Shown: one piece after another, positions 20,706-30,689 of the stretch
How the letters are laid out: each line of letters opens with the position of its first letter
Numbering within the stretch: position 1 is the first letter of the stretch
Assembly: GCA_023246755.1 (NCBI GenBank)
Contig: JAHFHU010000001.1
Span: 6,072-70,071 of the forward strand
DNA: 64,000 nt
Direction of reading: 5' to 3'
Origin: Candidatus Magasanikiibacteriota bacterium
GTDB taxonomy: Bacteria > Patescibacteriota > Patescibacteriia > Magasanikbacterales > 2-02-FULL-50-9b
Made by a program: the position numbers and the translations under genes
Notes under the pieces: generated by a model
Told to the model about the DNA's origin: nothing
Databases searched by the model: none
Seen by the model: the letters and a program-made list of their open reading frames with translations, nothing else

Positions 20706-21606
20706 GGAATGCCTCATGAACATCGAGAAGATCGAGAAGGAGCTTGATGCAGTTTGCATTGGTTCATATACAGCAGGTCACACAAAATCACAGATTCTCC
20801 GGTTCGTACGCGCGACAGACAACGCAAAACTTGTTGTAAAGTTCGCCCCAACAGACGATTCGGCAGCGTGCGAGGACATCGCTGCGAACCTACATGGATA
20901 TGAAGCAATACGCTCACTTGGTGCACTATCGTTGGAACCGAAAGAGTTGCGCGAACTGACTACCCTAGGCGATACCGGCCGCGCACTCGTTATGATCGAT
21001 CTTGGCACATCAATGTGTGGTGTTGACGGAGGAATCGATGTGGTCAAAGCTCTGTGGAACAATTTCATGCACGTAGTTGAAAAAACCGCAACGGCGAAAC
21101 AGGGCGGCACCCAAATAAACAAGGATGCGCTACCTGAATTTGTCGCCGAAGTATTGCGACATTTCGAACGATTTTCACACAGTGATGTTGCACGACTCGC
21201 AACGCGAATCCGCGCAGCAGACTGGACAAGCAGTTGCTCAAAAAAATCGGCACTCATGCTTCTTGATTTTACACCTGACAACTTGTTTGTGAATAAAGGA
21301 ATACTCTCGTTCATTGATCCATGGAACCAACACACGTATCTTGGTAACCCCGCAGTGAGTATCGGACAATTTATAGAGCTCATGAAAATCTATGAGATGC
21401 GACATGCTGAACAAGCACAAGATTGGCTCAGTGCGCAATGCATCGCAGTATTACCAAAACTACTTGAATGTGATACATCGACAATTGAACGTGCCCTACG
21501 ACTTGGCGCGACCTTGCAACTCGTACTCTCGTCGTACGTTCGTCGTGAATCCAATCAAACACGCGCGGCCGTGTTACACACCGCTGCACACAATCTTTGG
21601 GTGTGA
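20698..21606 (+). CDS. protein-kinase-like fold phosphotransferase (APH/choline-kinase family-like)
   Basis: 'LLDFTPDNLFVN' (catalytic-loop D-x4-N as in HGDxxxxN), 'FIDPW' (DFG/IDWE-like). Start may be ATG 20716. Confidence 0.5.
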   Translation: MNKECLMNIEKIEKELDAVCIGSYTAGHTKSQILRFVRATDNAKLVVKFAPTDDSAACEDIAANLHGYEAIRSLGALSLEPKELRELTTLGDTGRALVMIDLGTSMCGVDGGIDVVKALWNNFMHVVEKTATAKQGGTQINKDALPEFVAEVLRHFERFSHSDVARLATRIRAADWTSSCSKKSALMLLDFTPDNLFVNKGILSFIDPWNQHTYLGNPAVSIGQFIELMKIYEMRHAEQAQDWLSAQCIAVLPKLLECDTSTIERALRLGATLQLVLSSYVRRESNQTRAAVLHTAAHNLWV

Positions 21607-21630
21607 TAAACTGAGTGCAGGAGGTGAACC

Positions 21631-22485
21631 ATGAACAGTGCTTCGCTCGTACTCGTTGATCTCGACAAAACACTTATCGACGGAACATACAAACTCAATA
21701 CCGACATCGCACCACTGCAACGTGCGATTACGCGTGTACAATCACATGGCGGGCTCGTCGGACTATTCTCTGACAGTGCAATGCCGACCCTTGAAAAATA
21801 TGCGACCGAGTTTGGAATGCACGGTCCCATCATTGCAGAACGTGGCGCAATCATGCGCACCTACACAAAAAATGGGAATCACGACACGATCAGTCGTCCA
21901 GAGTTCTTTAAACAGAAGCAAAACACGATGTTGCTGTTACGCGACAAGCTGGTGAGCAAATTGTCAACAGATTGTCACACGCTACTCGTGATTGGAGATG
22001 TGATTGCGCTATCACAACAAAAAAATCCAGTTGCGTATACGCCGAAGAGTTTTGTAACGCGCGTTATACTTCTTAACTCACTGAGGCAGCACAGCATTTC
22101 GTTTTATGTTCGCACTGCAGGCGGTTTCTGTGAACAAGAATTCACCGCCCACACTGTTGCAGAACTCGAAGAAATCGTTGGAGAAAAATCTCTATCAAAA
22201 TATTGGTTTGACGTAAACAACGAATGTGGCATCTGTATAATGCACTACGCCGAAACATCAAAACCCGGTGCGGTAAGCGCAATCAAGAACGCCTTCCCTC
22301 AACGTCAAATTTATATGATCGGCGATAGCATGTCAGATTTTCTCGATTCCGAAGATGTAATCCAATGCGCGGTCGACAATGCTGCGCACGCCTATCAAGA
22401 CCGCTGCCAACTCCATTCACGCAACGACCTCACCCGTGGGGTAATCGATCTACTCGAGCAAATCGCCACGCAATCAGGATTCTGA
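21631..22485 (+). CDS. HAD-IIB (Cof/sugar-phosphatase-type) hydrolase
   Basis: Motif I 'LVLVDLDKTLIDG', motif IV 'YMIGDSMSDF'; large cap insertion between. Confidence 0.7.
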   Translation: MNSASLVLVDLDKTLIDGTYKLNTDIAPLQRAITRVQSHGGLVGLFSDSAMPTLEKYATEFGMHGPIIAERGAIMRTYTKNGNHDTISRPEFFKQKQNTMLLLRDKLVSKLSTDCHTLLVIGDVIALSQQKNPVAYTPKSFVTRVILLNSLRQHSISFYVRTAGGFCEQEFTAHTVAELEEIVGEKSLSKYWFDVNNECGICIMHYAETSKPGAVSAIKNAFPQRQIYMIGDSMSDFLDSEDVIQCAVDNAAHAYQDRCQLHSRNDLTRGVIDLLEQIATQSGF

Positions 22486-22532
22486 AAATACCCGGCAAAA
22501 AACCAGTTCGAGCGCAGCATCCATGCCGCGCG

Positions 22533-22562
22533 GCCCATCTTAATTTGATGGGCTATTTTATT
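22533..22562 (+). terminator. Rho-independent terminator
   Basis: 'gcccatc-ttaattt-gatgggc' followed by 'tattttatt' after the HAD-IIB gene. Confidence 0.5.
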
Positions 22563-22593
22563 AAGAATCAACACTTACAGAAATAAACCGCTC

Positions 22594-23187
22594 TTACTCC
22601 TGCCCCAAATGAAACCGAACGAACCGCTTTACTTGAATGTTCTCACCCATTTTCGCGATGCCGCTTTTCACGACCTCGTCGATTGTCATCGATTCATCTT
22701 TGACAAACCCTTGTTTGATCAAACACACATCCGTGTAAAATTTGGCGATTTTGCCCTCAATAATTTTCGTCATGATCTCCTCGGGCTTTCCCGAACCTTT
22801 CATTTCCTCTTTGTAAATTTCGCGTTCTTTTTCAACTAATTCAGCCGGAACAGCCGCCTCATCCAAATATAACGGATTCATCGCCGCGATGTGGAGTGCG
22901 ATGTCGTGTGCGAGCTGCACGAACGTATCGGTGCGCGCAACAAAATCAGTTTCGCACCGAAGTTCAAGCATCACACCAACTTTACCACCCCCGTGAATAT
23001 ATGAATAAACAATTCCTTCGCCCGCAACACGATCCGATTTTTTACCTGCCTTCAAAATCCCTTTCTTGCGAAGCGACTCTTCAGCAGCAACCATATCGCC
23101 GCCGCATTCTTCGAGCGCAGCTTTAACATCAACGATGCCCGCGCCTGTTTTTTCACGTAACTGTGCAATGAGCTTTGTATCGATCAT
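22594..23187 (-). CDS. tsf: elongation factor Ts
   Basis: 197 aa; 'LREKTGAGIVDVKAALEE', 'LELRCETDFVARTD'. Confidence 0.9.
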   Translation of the reverse strand: MIDTKLIAQLREKTGAGIVDVKAALEECGGDMVAAEESLRKKGILKAGKKSDRVAGEGIVYSYIHGGGKVGVMLELRCETDFVARTDTFVQLAHDIALHIAAMNPLYLDEAAVPAELVEKEREIYKEEMKGSGKPEEIMTKIIEGKIAKFYTDVCLIKQGFVKDESMTIDEVVKSGIAKMGENIQVKRFVRFHLGQE

Positions 23188-23198
23188 ACAATTAAAAT

Positions 23199-23963
23199 TT
23201 ATTGTTGTGCCGCAACGAGCGGACGATCATTGTTGTTTGTTGGATGCGCTTTTTCTTCAACAGCTGCGACAACGGGACGCGCAGCCTTACCCTCGAGAAC
23301 TGCGTCAGCGATACATTGCGTGATAAGCGCAATTGATTTAACCGCATCGTCGTTTGCGGGAATTGGATGTGTCACCATTTCAGGATTTACATTCGTATCC
23401 GTAATTGCGACTGTCGAAATTCCACGCACGTTTGCTTCTGTCACCGCAGTTTTTTCCGTACGAATATCGACGATGAACATCGCGTCCGGCATTTTTTTAA
23501 GCGTGCTCAAGCCTTCAAGCACGACACGTTTTTTTTGATAATCCGTTTCAAGCACCGATCGTTCTTTTTTGGTGTATTTTTCCCATGCACCCGCTTCGCG
23601 ATCCGCGCGCATTTTACGGTAGCGTTCAAGCAACTTACCAATTTCATCAAAATTTGAAATCGTCCCGCCGAGCCAACCTTCAACATTGTACGGCATGCCA
23701 CATCGCGTTGCCTCTGATTTCACAATTTCTTGTGCTTGTTGCTTGGTGCCGATAAAAAGCAACGATTTGCCTTCCATCGCGAGTTTTTTAACGAACTCAC
23801 ATGCTTCAGCGAGCTTTTCTTGCGTTGCTTCTAAATTAATTACATGAATTCCTTGGCGTTCGCCAAAAATATACGGCTTTGACTTTGGATGCCATCGTTC
23901 TGAACGATGACCAAAGTGCATGCCTGCCGCGAGCATTTCCTCGAGTGTAAGTGATTGTGGCAT
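23199..23963 (-). CDS. rpsB: 30S ribosomal protein S2
   Basis: 254 aa; 'LAAGMHFGHRSERWHPKSKPYIFGERQGIHVINLE'. Confidence 0.95.
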   Translation of the reverse strand: MPQSLTLEEMLAAGMHFGHRSERWHPKSKPYIFGERQGIHVINLEATQEKLAEACEFVKKLAMEGKSLLFIGTKQQAQEIVKSEATRCGMPYNVEGWLGGTISNFDEIGKLLERYRKMRADREAGAWEKYTKKERSVLETDYQKKRVVLEGLSTLKKMPDAMFIVDIRTEKTAVTEANVRGISTVAITDTNVNPEMVTHPIPANDDAVKSIALITQCIADAVLEGKAARPVVAAVEEKAHPTNNNDRPLVAAQQ

Positions 23964-24062
23964 AAATTTCCTTTTAATCGACCCCTGTCTCGCCCGAGGA
24001 CCCGAATTTTCGGGCAGGTCTCACGCGGTTAGCAACAAGGTGATTTGTTAATAAGTGAGCGA

Positions 24063-24091
24063 AGTTTAGCAAGGTTACGGCACGGCGTCAA
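24063..24091 (-). promoter_or_regulatory. candidate rpsB promoter (TTGACG-17-TAAACT) followed by a structured leader
   Basis: Minus strand 'ttgacg ccgtgccgtaaccttgc taaact'; the leader contains the palindrome 'cccgaaaattcggg'. The -35 box overlaps the stop of the toxin ORF. Confidence 0.35.
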
Positions 24092-24360
24092 TAGACCTCA
24101 TCGTGAGTTCCTATTGATTCAAAAATAACGGTCGTCGCATCAATAAACCGAAAAATAATGCGATAATCCCTCGTAATTGAAAAGGCGTGGTGGCCCGATA
24201 ATTTTCCATCTAGTTTGTGCGTGTGCAAAAATCGGTGAAACGGATCGTTATGAAAAATCCCAACTTTGTGATTAATTATAGAAAAAAATTCCCGCGGTAC
24301 TTTCTTCGCAGCGCGCGCATAGTGTGAACTAAAAATAATTTTTACCCCCTTCCCCTCCAT
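24088..24360 (-). CDS. type II toxin, RelE/ParE superfamily
   Basis: 90 aa; C-terminal 'KLSGHHAFSITRDYRIIFRFIDATTVIFESIGTHDEVY' matches the RelE/ParE signature (G..YR.RvgdYRIIY.i.d..v.v..IGHRkdvY). Confidence 0.75.
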   Translation of the reverse strand: MEGKGVKIIFSSHYARAAKKVPREFFSIINHKVGIFHNDPFHRFLHTHKLDGKLSGHHAFSITRDYRIIFRFIDATTVIFESIGTHDEVY

Positions 24361-24368
24361 AAATCAGA

Positions 24369-24620
24369 TCATTCATCAACGATCGCTTCCATCGATACCC
24401 ACGACTCGCACAAACCAGCTTTCCGCTCTCGCTCTGACTTCGCAATTCCACGTAACAAAAAAAATAATCTCCACTCCTTGCGAATATGCCTTACGATGTG
24501 TGAAAAATTCGCATGTGGCACACGCACCGCTTCACCCAATGCCCCAAATAATGCTTTGGGTAATGATAAAATTGACGCCTCCTGTTGATTCAACATAGTA
24601 ATATGACTATACCAAATCAA
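24369..24620 (-). CDS. putative cognate antitoxin (family not recognised)
   Basis: Only ORF immediately upstream of the toxin on the same strand, separated by 8 nt. The listed start is TTG; the first ATG gives MLNQQEASILSLPKALFG... (75 aa, 24596). No RHH/Phd motif recognised. Confidence 0.3.
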   Translation of the reverse strand: MIWYSHITMLNQQEASILSLPKALFGALGEAVRVPHANFSHIVRHIRKEWRLFFLLRGIAKSERERKAGLCESWVSMEAIVDE

Positions 24621-24629
24621 CGCACGGCG

Positions 24630-25679
24630 TCAAGCGGCATCAGCCTGATCTGCTTTTTTCAAAGCCATAACAATTCCACCCAAATCCCCGTCCATAATTT
24701 TTGGTAAATTGTGCCACGACTCCTCGATTCGATGGTCTGTCACGCGATCCTGCGGAAAATTGTATGTTCGAATTTTTTCGCTGCGGTCGCCCGTGCCAAC
24801 TTGCGTTTTGCGTTTTGCCGCGCGCTCAGCCGCAACTCGCGCAACTTCGGCCTCAAAAACGCGCGCACGCATAATTTGCATCGCGCGCTCTTTATTTTGC
24901 GCCTGTGATCGTTCATCCTGACATGTCACCACGATGCCGGTTGGAATATGAACCATCCGAATCGCACTGTACGTCGTGTTAACCGACTGCCCACCCGCGC
25001 CCTGCGACGTTGTTGCTTCAATTTTTAAATCCTTCGCATCAAGCACAACATCAACCGCTTCTGGTTCAGGCATAATTGCAACGGTCACGGTCGATGTGTG
25101 AACACGGCCCGCCTTTTCAGTCTCTGGCACGCGCTGCACGCGATGTACCCCACTTTCAAATTGCAGCTCTCCATACACGCCCTGCCCTTTTAATTCAAAT
25201 GTTACCTCTTTAACACCCCCAATTCCGGTTCGACTCATGGACAACAAATCAAATTTCCAACCGCGCACGCCCGCATACATCGTGTACATGCGATACAGTT
25301 CCGCCGCAAACAAACCAGCCTCATCGCCACCAACACCCGCGCGAATTTCGATAATAACATTTTTATTCGCAAATGGATCGGGATCACGAAGCAATTCCGC
25401 AACATCCCGCGCGAGCGCATCAACACGCACAACACAATCATCGATTTCTGCGCGCGCCATCTCAACCAATTCCGGCTCGGCGTTCGCTGCGATAATTTCT
25501 TCCGCTTCTTTGAGCGCGCCTTCAGCGCCGCGCAATTCACGAATTTTTTCAGCAACCAGCCGCAGCTCCGCATATTTTTGCGAAACAACTTTTAAACGAA
25601 GAGAATCTCCAATGACGCGGGGGTCTTGGAGATCCTGTTCGGCGGCCTGAAATTCTTGAAGAACCTCGTCGGCCTTCAT
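24630..25679 (-). CDS. prfA: peptide chain release factor 1
   Basis: 349 aa; GGQ motif '[10 protein letters not shown]'; tripeptide anticodon region '[14 protein letters not shown]' (P-x-T = RF1 type). Confidence 0.9.
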   Translation of the reverse strand: MKADEVLQEFQAAEQDLQDPRVIGDSLRLKVVSQKYAELRLVAEKIRELRGAEGALKEAEEIIAANAEPELVEMARAEIDDCVVRVDALARDVAELLRDPDPFANKNVIIEIRAGVGGDEAGLFAAELYRMYTMYAGVRGWKFDLLSMSRTGIGGVKEVTFELKGQGVYGELQFESGVHRVQRVPETEKAGRVHTSTVTVAIMPEPEAVDVVLDAKDLKIEATTSQGAGGQSVNTTYSAIRMVHIPTGIVVTCQDERSQAQNKERAMQIMRARVFEAEVARVAAERAAKRKTQVGTGDRSEKIRTYNFPQDRVTDHRIEESWHNLPKIMDGDLGGIVMALKKADQADAA

Positions 25680-25688
25680 AATATAAAT

Positions 25689-25979
25689 TTATTTACCCAC
25701 TGCCTTTTTTTCTGCACGCTTAGCTTTGCGCGCAACTTCTTTTTCTGATTTTGTTCGAGTTGCATCGGATTTCGAGGTAAGCTTCGTTGCCTTTTCCTGA
25801 AACTTTTCGATACGACGCGCGGTATCAACAAAATTCTGTTTACCCGTGTAAAACGGGTGGCACGCGCTGCATAATTCAATACGAAGTGCGGTCAGTGTTG
25901 AACCAACCTCAAATGTATTGCCACATGCGCATGCAACAGGTGCGTTAAGGGTATATTTAGGATGTGTGCCTTGTTTCAT
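25689..25979 (-). CDS. rpmE: 50S ribosomal protein L31 (with Lys-rich C-terminal tail)
   Basis: 'MKQGTHPKYTLNAPVACACGNTFEVGST...CSACHPFYTGKQ' Zn-ribbon L31. Confidence 0.9.
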   Translation of the reverse strand: MKQGTHPKYTLNAPVACACGNTFEVGSTLTALRIELCSACHPFYTGKQNFVDTARRIEKFQEKATKLTSKSDATRTKSEKEVARKAKRAEKKAVGK

Positions 25980-26062
25980 AGTGGGTGCAGTGTAACATGT
26001 GACTATATTTTTGGCAAGATCGATGCTTGACCGCGCGTTTTTTTTCAGATATTGTCTAAGGT

Positions 26063-26851
26063 ATGCAACTTTCCATCGACGACGACTATTTACTGCGCTT
26101 CGTGCTCAAAAAAACGCGCGCGGAATTTTTACGCGACGCGCGCCTGCCGATTTCCGCAGCCGATCGTCGTCGTTTTACCGTGCTTAAAAAAAGACGGGCC
26201 GCCGGCATGCCCATGCAATATATCGTGGGGACCGCATGGTTTTATGGACTCGAATTTTTTGTGTCGCGCGCCGTGTTAATTCCACGCCCGGAAACAGAAC
26301 TACTCGTTGATCGGGCGCGCGAAAAAAAATTTGATCTACTCATCGACGTCGGAACGGGTTCGGGTGCAATTGCGATCGCGCTTGCAAAAAATGTGCCGGC
26401 GACCACAAAAATTATTGCGTGCGATATTTCTGCACGCGCACTCGCTGTTGCCAAAAAAAATTGCACACGCCACAAAACAAAAGTATGTTTTGCTCACAGC
26501 AATTTACTCGCCGAAATTCCATGGCCTCGAGCCCCGCATATTCTAATCGCCGCAAATCTTCCCTACCTTTCAGACGCGCGCATGAAAAAAATTTCCAAAA
26601 CCGAAGTGGCCCATGAACCTCGACGTGCGCTCTATGGTGGACATGATGGACTTGATCTCTATCAAAAACTTTTCGCCCAAATTCGCGAAAAAAAACTCAG
26701 CGCACAACACATAACCGTTCTTGCTGAAATTGATCCTGAGCAAAAAACAAAACTCGCGCACCTTGCAGCACGCGAGCTTCCAAATTCTGAAATTTTATTC
26801 CACACTGATTTGCGCGGCGACATTCGCCTCGCCGAGATTATTATTTCTTAG
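26063..26851 (+). CDS. prmC: release-factor glutamine methyltransferase
   Basis: 'DVGTGSGAIAIALA' SAM motif and 'ANLPYL' (NPPY-type) motif. Confidence 0.85.
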   Translation: MQLSIDDDYLLRFVLKKTRAEFLRDARLPISAADRRRFTVLKKRRAAGMPMQYIVGTAWFYGLEFFVSRAVLIPRPETELLVDRAREKKFDLLIDVGTGSGAIAIALAKNVPATTKIIACDISARALAVAKKNCTRHKTKVCFAHSNLLAEIPWPRAPHILIAANLPYLSDARMKKISKTEVAHEPRRALYGGHDGLDLYQKLFAQIREKKLSAQHITVLAEIDPEQKTKLAHLAARELPNSEILFHTDLRGDIRLAEIIIS

Positions 26852-27515
26852 CGTCTGCACCTTCTGTCGCAGCTTCAGCAACATCCTCTTTCTTACCAAC
26901 GACTTCGATCTTCGAAACGTCAGATGAATTTTCTGCTTCAAGTGCTTTGAGTTGATCTTCGGTGAGTGGCGCCGACACCTTCGCGACAACATCGTCCGCT
27001 TCGTCGAGCACGGTCAAACCTTCGGTCAACATGATATCTGCAACCGTGATCACATCGTCGTATGTTTGCAATTTATCAAGCGAAACTGAAATCGAACGGA
27101 CCAAAAACTTCGGCAAACAACGAACGGTAAGCGCGTCTTTAATTTTCATCACCGTTCCACCCGCTTTCGCCGCCGGTGCTTCACCGACAAATTCGAGCGA
27201 CACATCGGTTTCCAATTCTTTCTTCATCGAAACCGCGTAAAAATCAACGTGCGTAAACGCACCGGTACGCGGATCTGTCTGCATGTCCTTGATAAGGACG
27301 CTATGCTGAGCGCCGCCCGCAACATCGATTTCAACAAGCATGCTTTCGCCCGCTTGAGTTAAAACTTTGCCGAACGGATTTGATTCGATGATAATCGAAA
27401 CAGGCTCCATTTCTGGGCCATAAATAACTGCCGGAATTTTGCGGTCTGCGCGTACGGCCCGAAGTGCGCCGCGGTTAGCTAACTCGCGAATCGTTGCTGA
27501 TAATGTTACTGACAT
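26841..27515 (-). CDS. rplY: 50S ribosomal protein L25 / general stress protein Ctc
   Basis: Start at MSVTLSATIRELANRG...; 'KIPAVIYGPEMEPVSI' L25 family with C-terminal extension. Confidence 0.85.
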   Translation of the reverse strand: MSVTLSATIRELANRGALRAVRADRKIPAVIYGPEMEPVSIIIESNPFGKVLTQAGESMLVEIDVAGGAQHSVLIKDMQTDPRTGAFTHVDFYAVSMKKELETDVSLEFVGEAPAAKAGGTVMKIKDALTVRCLPKFLVRSISVSLDKLQTYDDVITVADIMLTEGLTVLDEADDVVAKVSAPLTEDQLKALEAENSSDVSKIEVVGKKEDVAEAATEGADAKK

Positions 27516-27517
27516 AG

Positions 27518-27862
27518 TCAATTCAAGAATGTTTCTTTTGAAAGCTGATCCTCTTTGAGGAAATTGTGCCACGCGATACAATCGTCCCAGCTGACTGTCT
27601 CGGAATTCTTAAAGCGTCCGAGGTCTTCGGGTACTGTGTCCGTGATGAGCCCGATCGAGCTCATTCCATTCACTTGATTCGTTATCAACGCAACAACAGA
27701 GTGTCTGCATTTTTTACAGGTCACAAACACAAGGTGCTTGCCATCCTGTTCGTCGATAACCTTAATTTCAAGCGGTTCGTAGGCTGTTTCGCAAAGTGGG
27801 CATTGCTGAATTAACTGCATGCCCTCTTCAACATGTGAACGCTTTTTGCGCTTCGGTGCCAT
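27518..27862 (-). CDS. small zinc-ribbon protein (hypothetical)
   Basis: Start chosen at MAPKRKKRS. The two pairs 'CPLC...' and 'CKKCRH' suggest a Cys4 zinc ribbon. Confidence 0.4.
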   Translation of the reverse strand: MAPKRKKRSHVEEGMQLIQQCPLCETAYEPLEIKVIDEQDGKHLVFVTCKKCRHSVVALITNQVNGMSSIGLITDTVPEDLGRFKNSETVSWDDCIAWHNFLKEDQLSKETFLN

Positions 27863-27939
27863 AGAAGAGTGATCAGGTATGGGGGGACTATAGCAGCTCG
27901 AGATATTTTTTGCAAGAGGGGCCGCTCGTGAACATTTTC

Positions 27940-29031
27940 TCAATTTTGATGCGAAATGATACTTTCAACGACGCCGAGTAAAATCAAATTTATAATAAGC
28001 GACGATCCTCCGTAGCTGACAAACGGCAACGCGATACCGGTAACGGGCAACAAACCGGTTGTGCCGCCCAAATTAATCACAATTTGCATGAGCCACAACC
28101 CGAGCGCGCTCATGAGAACGGCCAGTCGGAAATCGTCGCGCGCCGCGATCGCATGTCGCACGATGCGCCAACCAACAACGACGTAGCACGCAAAAAGTGC
28201 GAGTACCCCAACAAAACCGAGCTCTTCACCGACGACCGAAAATACAAAATCTGTTTGGCGTTCCGGCAAAAAATTTAACTGATTCTGCGAACCATACCCA
28301 TACCCTTTTCCAAAAAAACCACCCGAACCAATCGCGATAATTGATTGCTGCACATTATAACCGGTGCCAAGCGGATCGCGTTGTGGATCGATAAACGATG
28401 ATAAACGGTCTTTTTGATATGGTTTGAGCAACACAAACCAGCCGAGCATCGCAACAACTATAAAGCTGCCGAGGAGGAGGAGCAGATACGCGCGGCGCGT
28501 GCCAACAAAAAATAGAAGCCAGAGCCACAAACCACCGAGCACGAGCGCACTTCCCAAATCTGGTTGGCGCATCACCAAAAACATAGGAACGAGCACAAGG
28601 AGCGCAGTTCCGAAAAAAAATAACGCCGTTTTAAAAGCGCGCCCACGTCGATCGATTACGCGCGCAAACGTAAGCGCAAGTGCAAGTTTCATGAACTCGA
28701 CCGGTTGGAATGAAAACCCCGCCATCTGAAACCAACCCTTGGTTCCACGAACTGTTTGTCCAAATAAAAGCACCGCGATGAGAAACGCGAGACCCACAAA
28801 ATACCACGTCCGACTTGTTGCACGAAAAACTTCTGGGTGCATTCGGGACAAAACAAATACCGCTACCACGCCGAGGCCGAGCGCGACAAGCTGGTGTTTC
28901 AACAGACTCAACGTCGTGCCGTAACTCAAATCAACGCTCGAAATCGCAAGAAGCCCGATCAAAATCGCACCAAAAACAGCGCCAAAGAGCACCCAATCAA
29001 ACGAACGATATCGCAAAAAAATCCCGAGCAT
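27940..29031 (-). CDS. SEDS-family peptidoglycan polymerase (FtsW/RodA)
   Basis: 363 aa, about 10 TM; 'GFSFQPVEFMKLALALTFA', 'GYNVQQSIIAIGSGGFFGKG'. Confidence 0.85.
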   Translation of the reverse strand: MLGIFLRYRSFDWVLFGAVFGAILIGLLAISSVDLSYGTTLSLLKHQLVALGLGVVAVFVLSRMHPEVFRATSRTWYFVGLAFLIAVLLFGQTVRGTKGWFQMAGFSFQPVEFMKLALALTFARVIDRRGRAFKTALFFFGTALLVLVPMFLVMRQPDLGSALVLGGLWLWLLFFVGTRRAYLLLLLGSFIVVAMLGWFVLLKPYQKDRLSSFIDPQRDPLGTGYNVQQSIIAIGSGGFFGKGYGYGSQNQLNFLPERQTDFVFSVVGEELGFVGVLALFACYVVVGWRIVRHAIAARDDFRLAVLMSALGLWLMQIVINLGGTTGLLPVTGIALPFVSYGGSSLIINLILLGVVESIISHQN

Positions 29032-29053
29032 AGTCGATTCTAAACTACGCCAC

Positions 29054-29992
29054 TTATTGCATCATGTAAACACTCGGATCAAAAACATCAACCGACGGCG
29101 TCACGATCACCTCGTCAACCAACTGATTTTTCACGTAGTTACGAAGATCGACCGGACGCGTCTCACCTGTTTTGAATTCTTTAATCTGCGTTTCTTCGAT
29201 TCCTTCCACCGCACCGCCGCGCATCAGCACGATTTGAAGCGGCAACGACCAAAAATTGTACGCGGATTTATTTGTAATTTTAAACGTGATGCTGTTACCA
29301 CTGTTATCCGCAATCGGATTATCGCTCGAAAGACCGGCTTGCGTAAATTTCGCATCAATAACGTCAAACGCCGCGTGATCCGTGATAAATTTTTGCGTGT
29401 CCATGATTTCATGCTGATCAATCCGACTCCACAGGGTGTTCGTGATTTTAAGCGCAACATCAGAAACCGATTGTTCAGAACGCCGATCCCCGAGCACGGA
29501 CAAAAATTTCTTCTCTCCCGGCAAAATAAAAGTTGTCTGTGTCTTCGTTGCATCGCCGCCCGCAATATCAAATTGATATGTCACGAGCGCATACCAATCT
29601 TTATTCGGGTTTTGCACCTCAACCGCAAAATCAAATCGATCATTCCCCGCATCGAACGTGTACACACGACCATCACCAAAATCAAGTGGCGCCGCAGCTT
29701 CCGATTTAATTCGATTCGCCGAGGGCACTTGCAAACGACGCGCGATATCAAGCACCATCTGCTGGTCATGCGTTTGACCCGTGAGAAGATACTGAACAAA
29801 TCCAAACAACGCATACGCGATGAGCATCACATCTGCGACGATCCACACCGCGATCCCTAAATTTCGCAGAATCACTTTATGCGTAACAAACCAATAACTA
29901 CGCCCCAACTCTTTTGAGCTGAACGTATCATCGACCGGTTCGTATTTATTTATGCGTGCATCAAAAGAACTCGGCATATTGATGTTGCACAT
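29054..29992 (-). CDS. hypothetical single-pass membrane protein upstream of SEDS gene
   Basis: One TM ('LGIAVWIVADVMLIAYALFGFVQYLL'); about 250-aa extracytoplasmic domain; no motif recognised. Confidence 0.5.
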   Translation of the reverse strand: MCNINMPSSFDARINKYEPVDDTFSSKELGRSYWFVTHKVILRNLGIAVWIVADVMLIAYALFGFVQYLLTGQTHDQQMVLDIARRLQVPSANRIKSEAAAPLDFGDGRVYTFDAGNDRFDFAVEVQNPNKDWYALVTYQFDIAGGDATKTQTTFILPGEKKFLSVLGDRRSEQSVSDVALKITNTLWSRIDQHEIMDTQKFITDHAAFDVIDAKFTQAGLSSDNPIADNSGNSITFKITNKSAYNFWSLPLQIVLMRGGAVEGIEETQIKEFKTGETRPVDLRNYVKNQLVDEVIVTPSVDVFDPSVYMMQ

Positions 29993-30079
29993 TATAGCAC
30001 GGCGTTGACACGTGGTATATTGTATGCAATGATTGTCGTCTCGGGCACATCAATCAACAGTCCGAACACGGAGAAATCC

Positions 30080-30604
30080 ATGAGCAAGCTCATATTGACG
30101 CTACAATGGTGCGCTACTCCCGGGCACCGGCGCATTCACGCTTCGACAGGTCGTCCGATCGCAGACGCGGTGGTCCGTGAACGACTCGAACTTCACTGCG
30201 AACCGCTCGCGCACGAAAGCCCAAGCGTGATCAAAACCATGGCCGTCGACCTCACCGAATTCACGGATCTGAATGTTCCCGAAGAAACTATTGCGCTGTT
30301 CTGCGACCTCGTGCGCGGAATCGTCGAATGTCTGTTCAACACCAGCGCGCTTCTGCAACATGACCCACCCAAAGTCTGGCACACCAACACACACAACATC
30401 TGGCTCGTATACGGAGATACGCGGATCGAAATTGCACACCCCGCGTACGGACAGAAGTTGTATTGCGCGGCGACTGACGATACGCCAGTACGCTTGCGCT
30501 GCAACAGCTCAGAAGACTACCCGCGGCACTTATGGGCGTTCATTAATAGATACGCCACCGAAGTGAAGGCGATCATGGAATCAGTTGCCAACGCAACGCC
30601 GTAA
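30080..30604 (+). CDS. hypothetical protein (G+C-rich stand-alone cassette)
   Basis: Start at MSKLILTLQW with SD 'GGAG' 7 nt upstream; followed by a strong terminator; visibly G+C-richer than flanks; no recognisable domain. Confidence 0.5.
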   Translation: MSKLILTLQWCATPGHRRIHASTGRPIADAVVRERLELHCEPLAHESPSVIKTMAVDLTEFTDLNVPEETIALFCDLVRGIVECLFNTSALLQHDPPKVWHTNTHNIWLVYGDTRIEIAHPAYGQKLYCAATDDTPVRLRCNSSEDYPRHLWAFINRYATEVKAIMESVANATP

Positions 30605-30641
30605 AGCATGGTGCACTCGCACAGTCACACGCAGCCCGCGC

Positions 30642-30689
30642 CGAATGAGACAATCCCATCGTCTCTTCGGCCCGGGCTGATTTTTTTTA
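30642..30689 (+). terminator. Rho-independent terminator
   Basis: 'cagcccgcgccgaa...ttcggcccgggctg' GC-rich stem followed by 'attttttttaa'. Confidence 0.7.

Noticed and set aside
27518-27943. Full 141-aa version of the zinc-ribbon ORF starting MRKCSRAAPL
   Set aside because: The first 27 codons overlap the SEDS gene 3' region and look non-coding; shorter start at MAPKRKK preferred (still uncertain).
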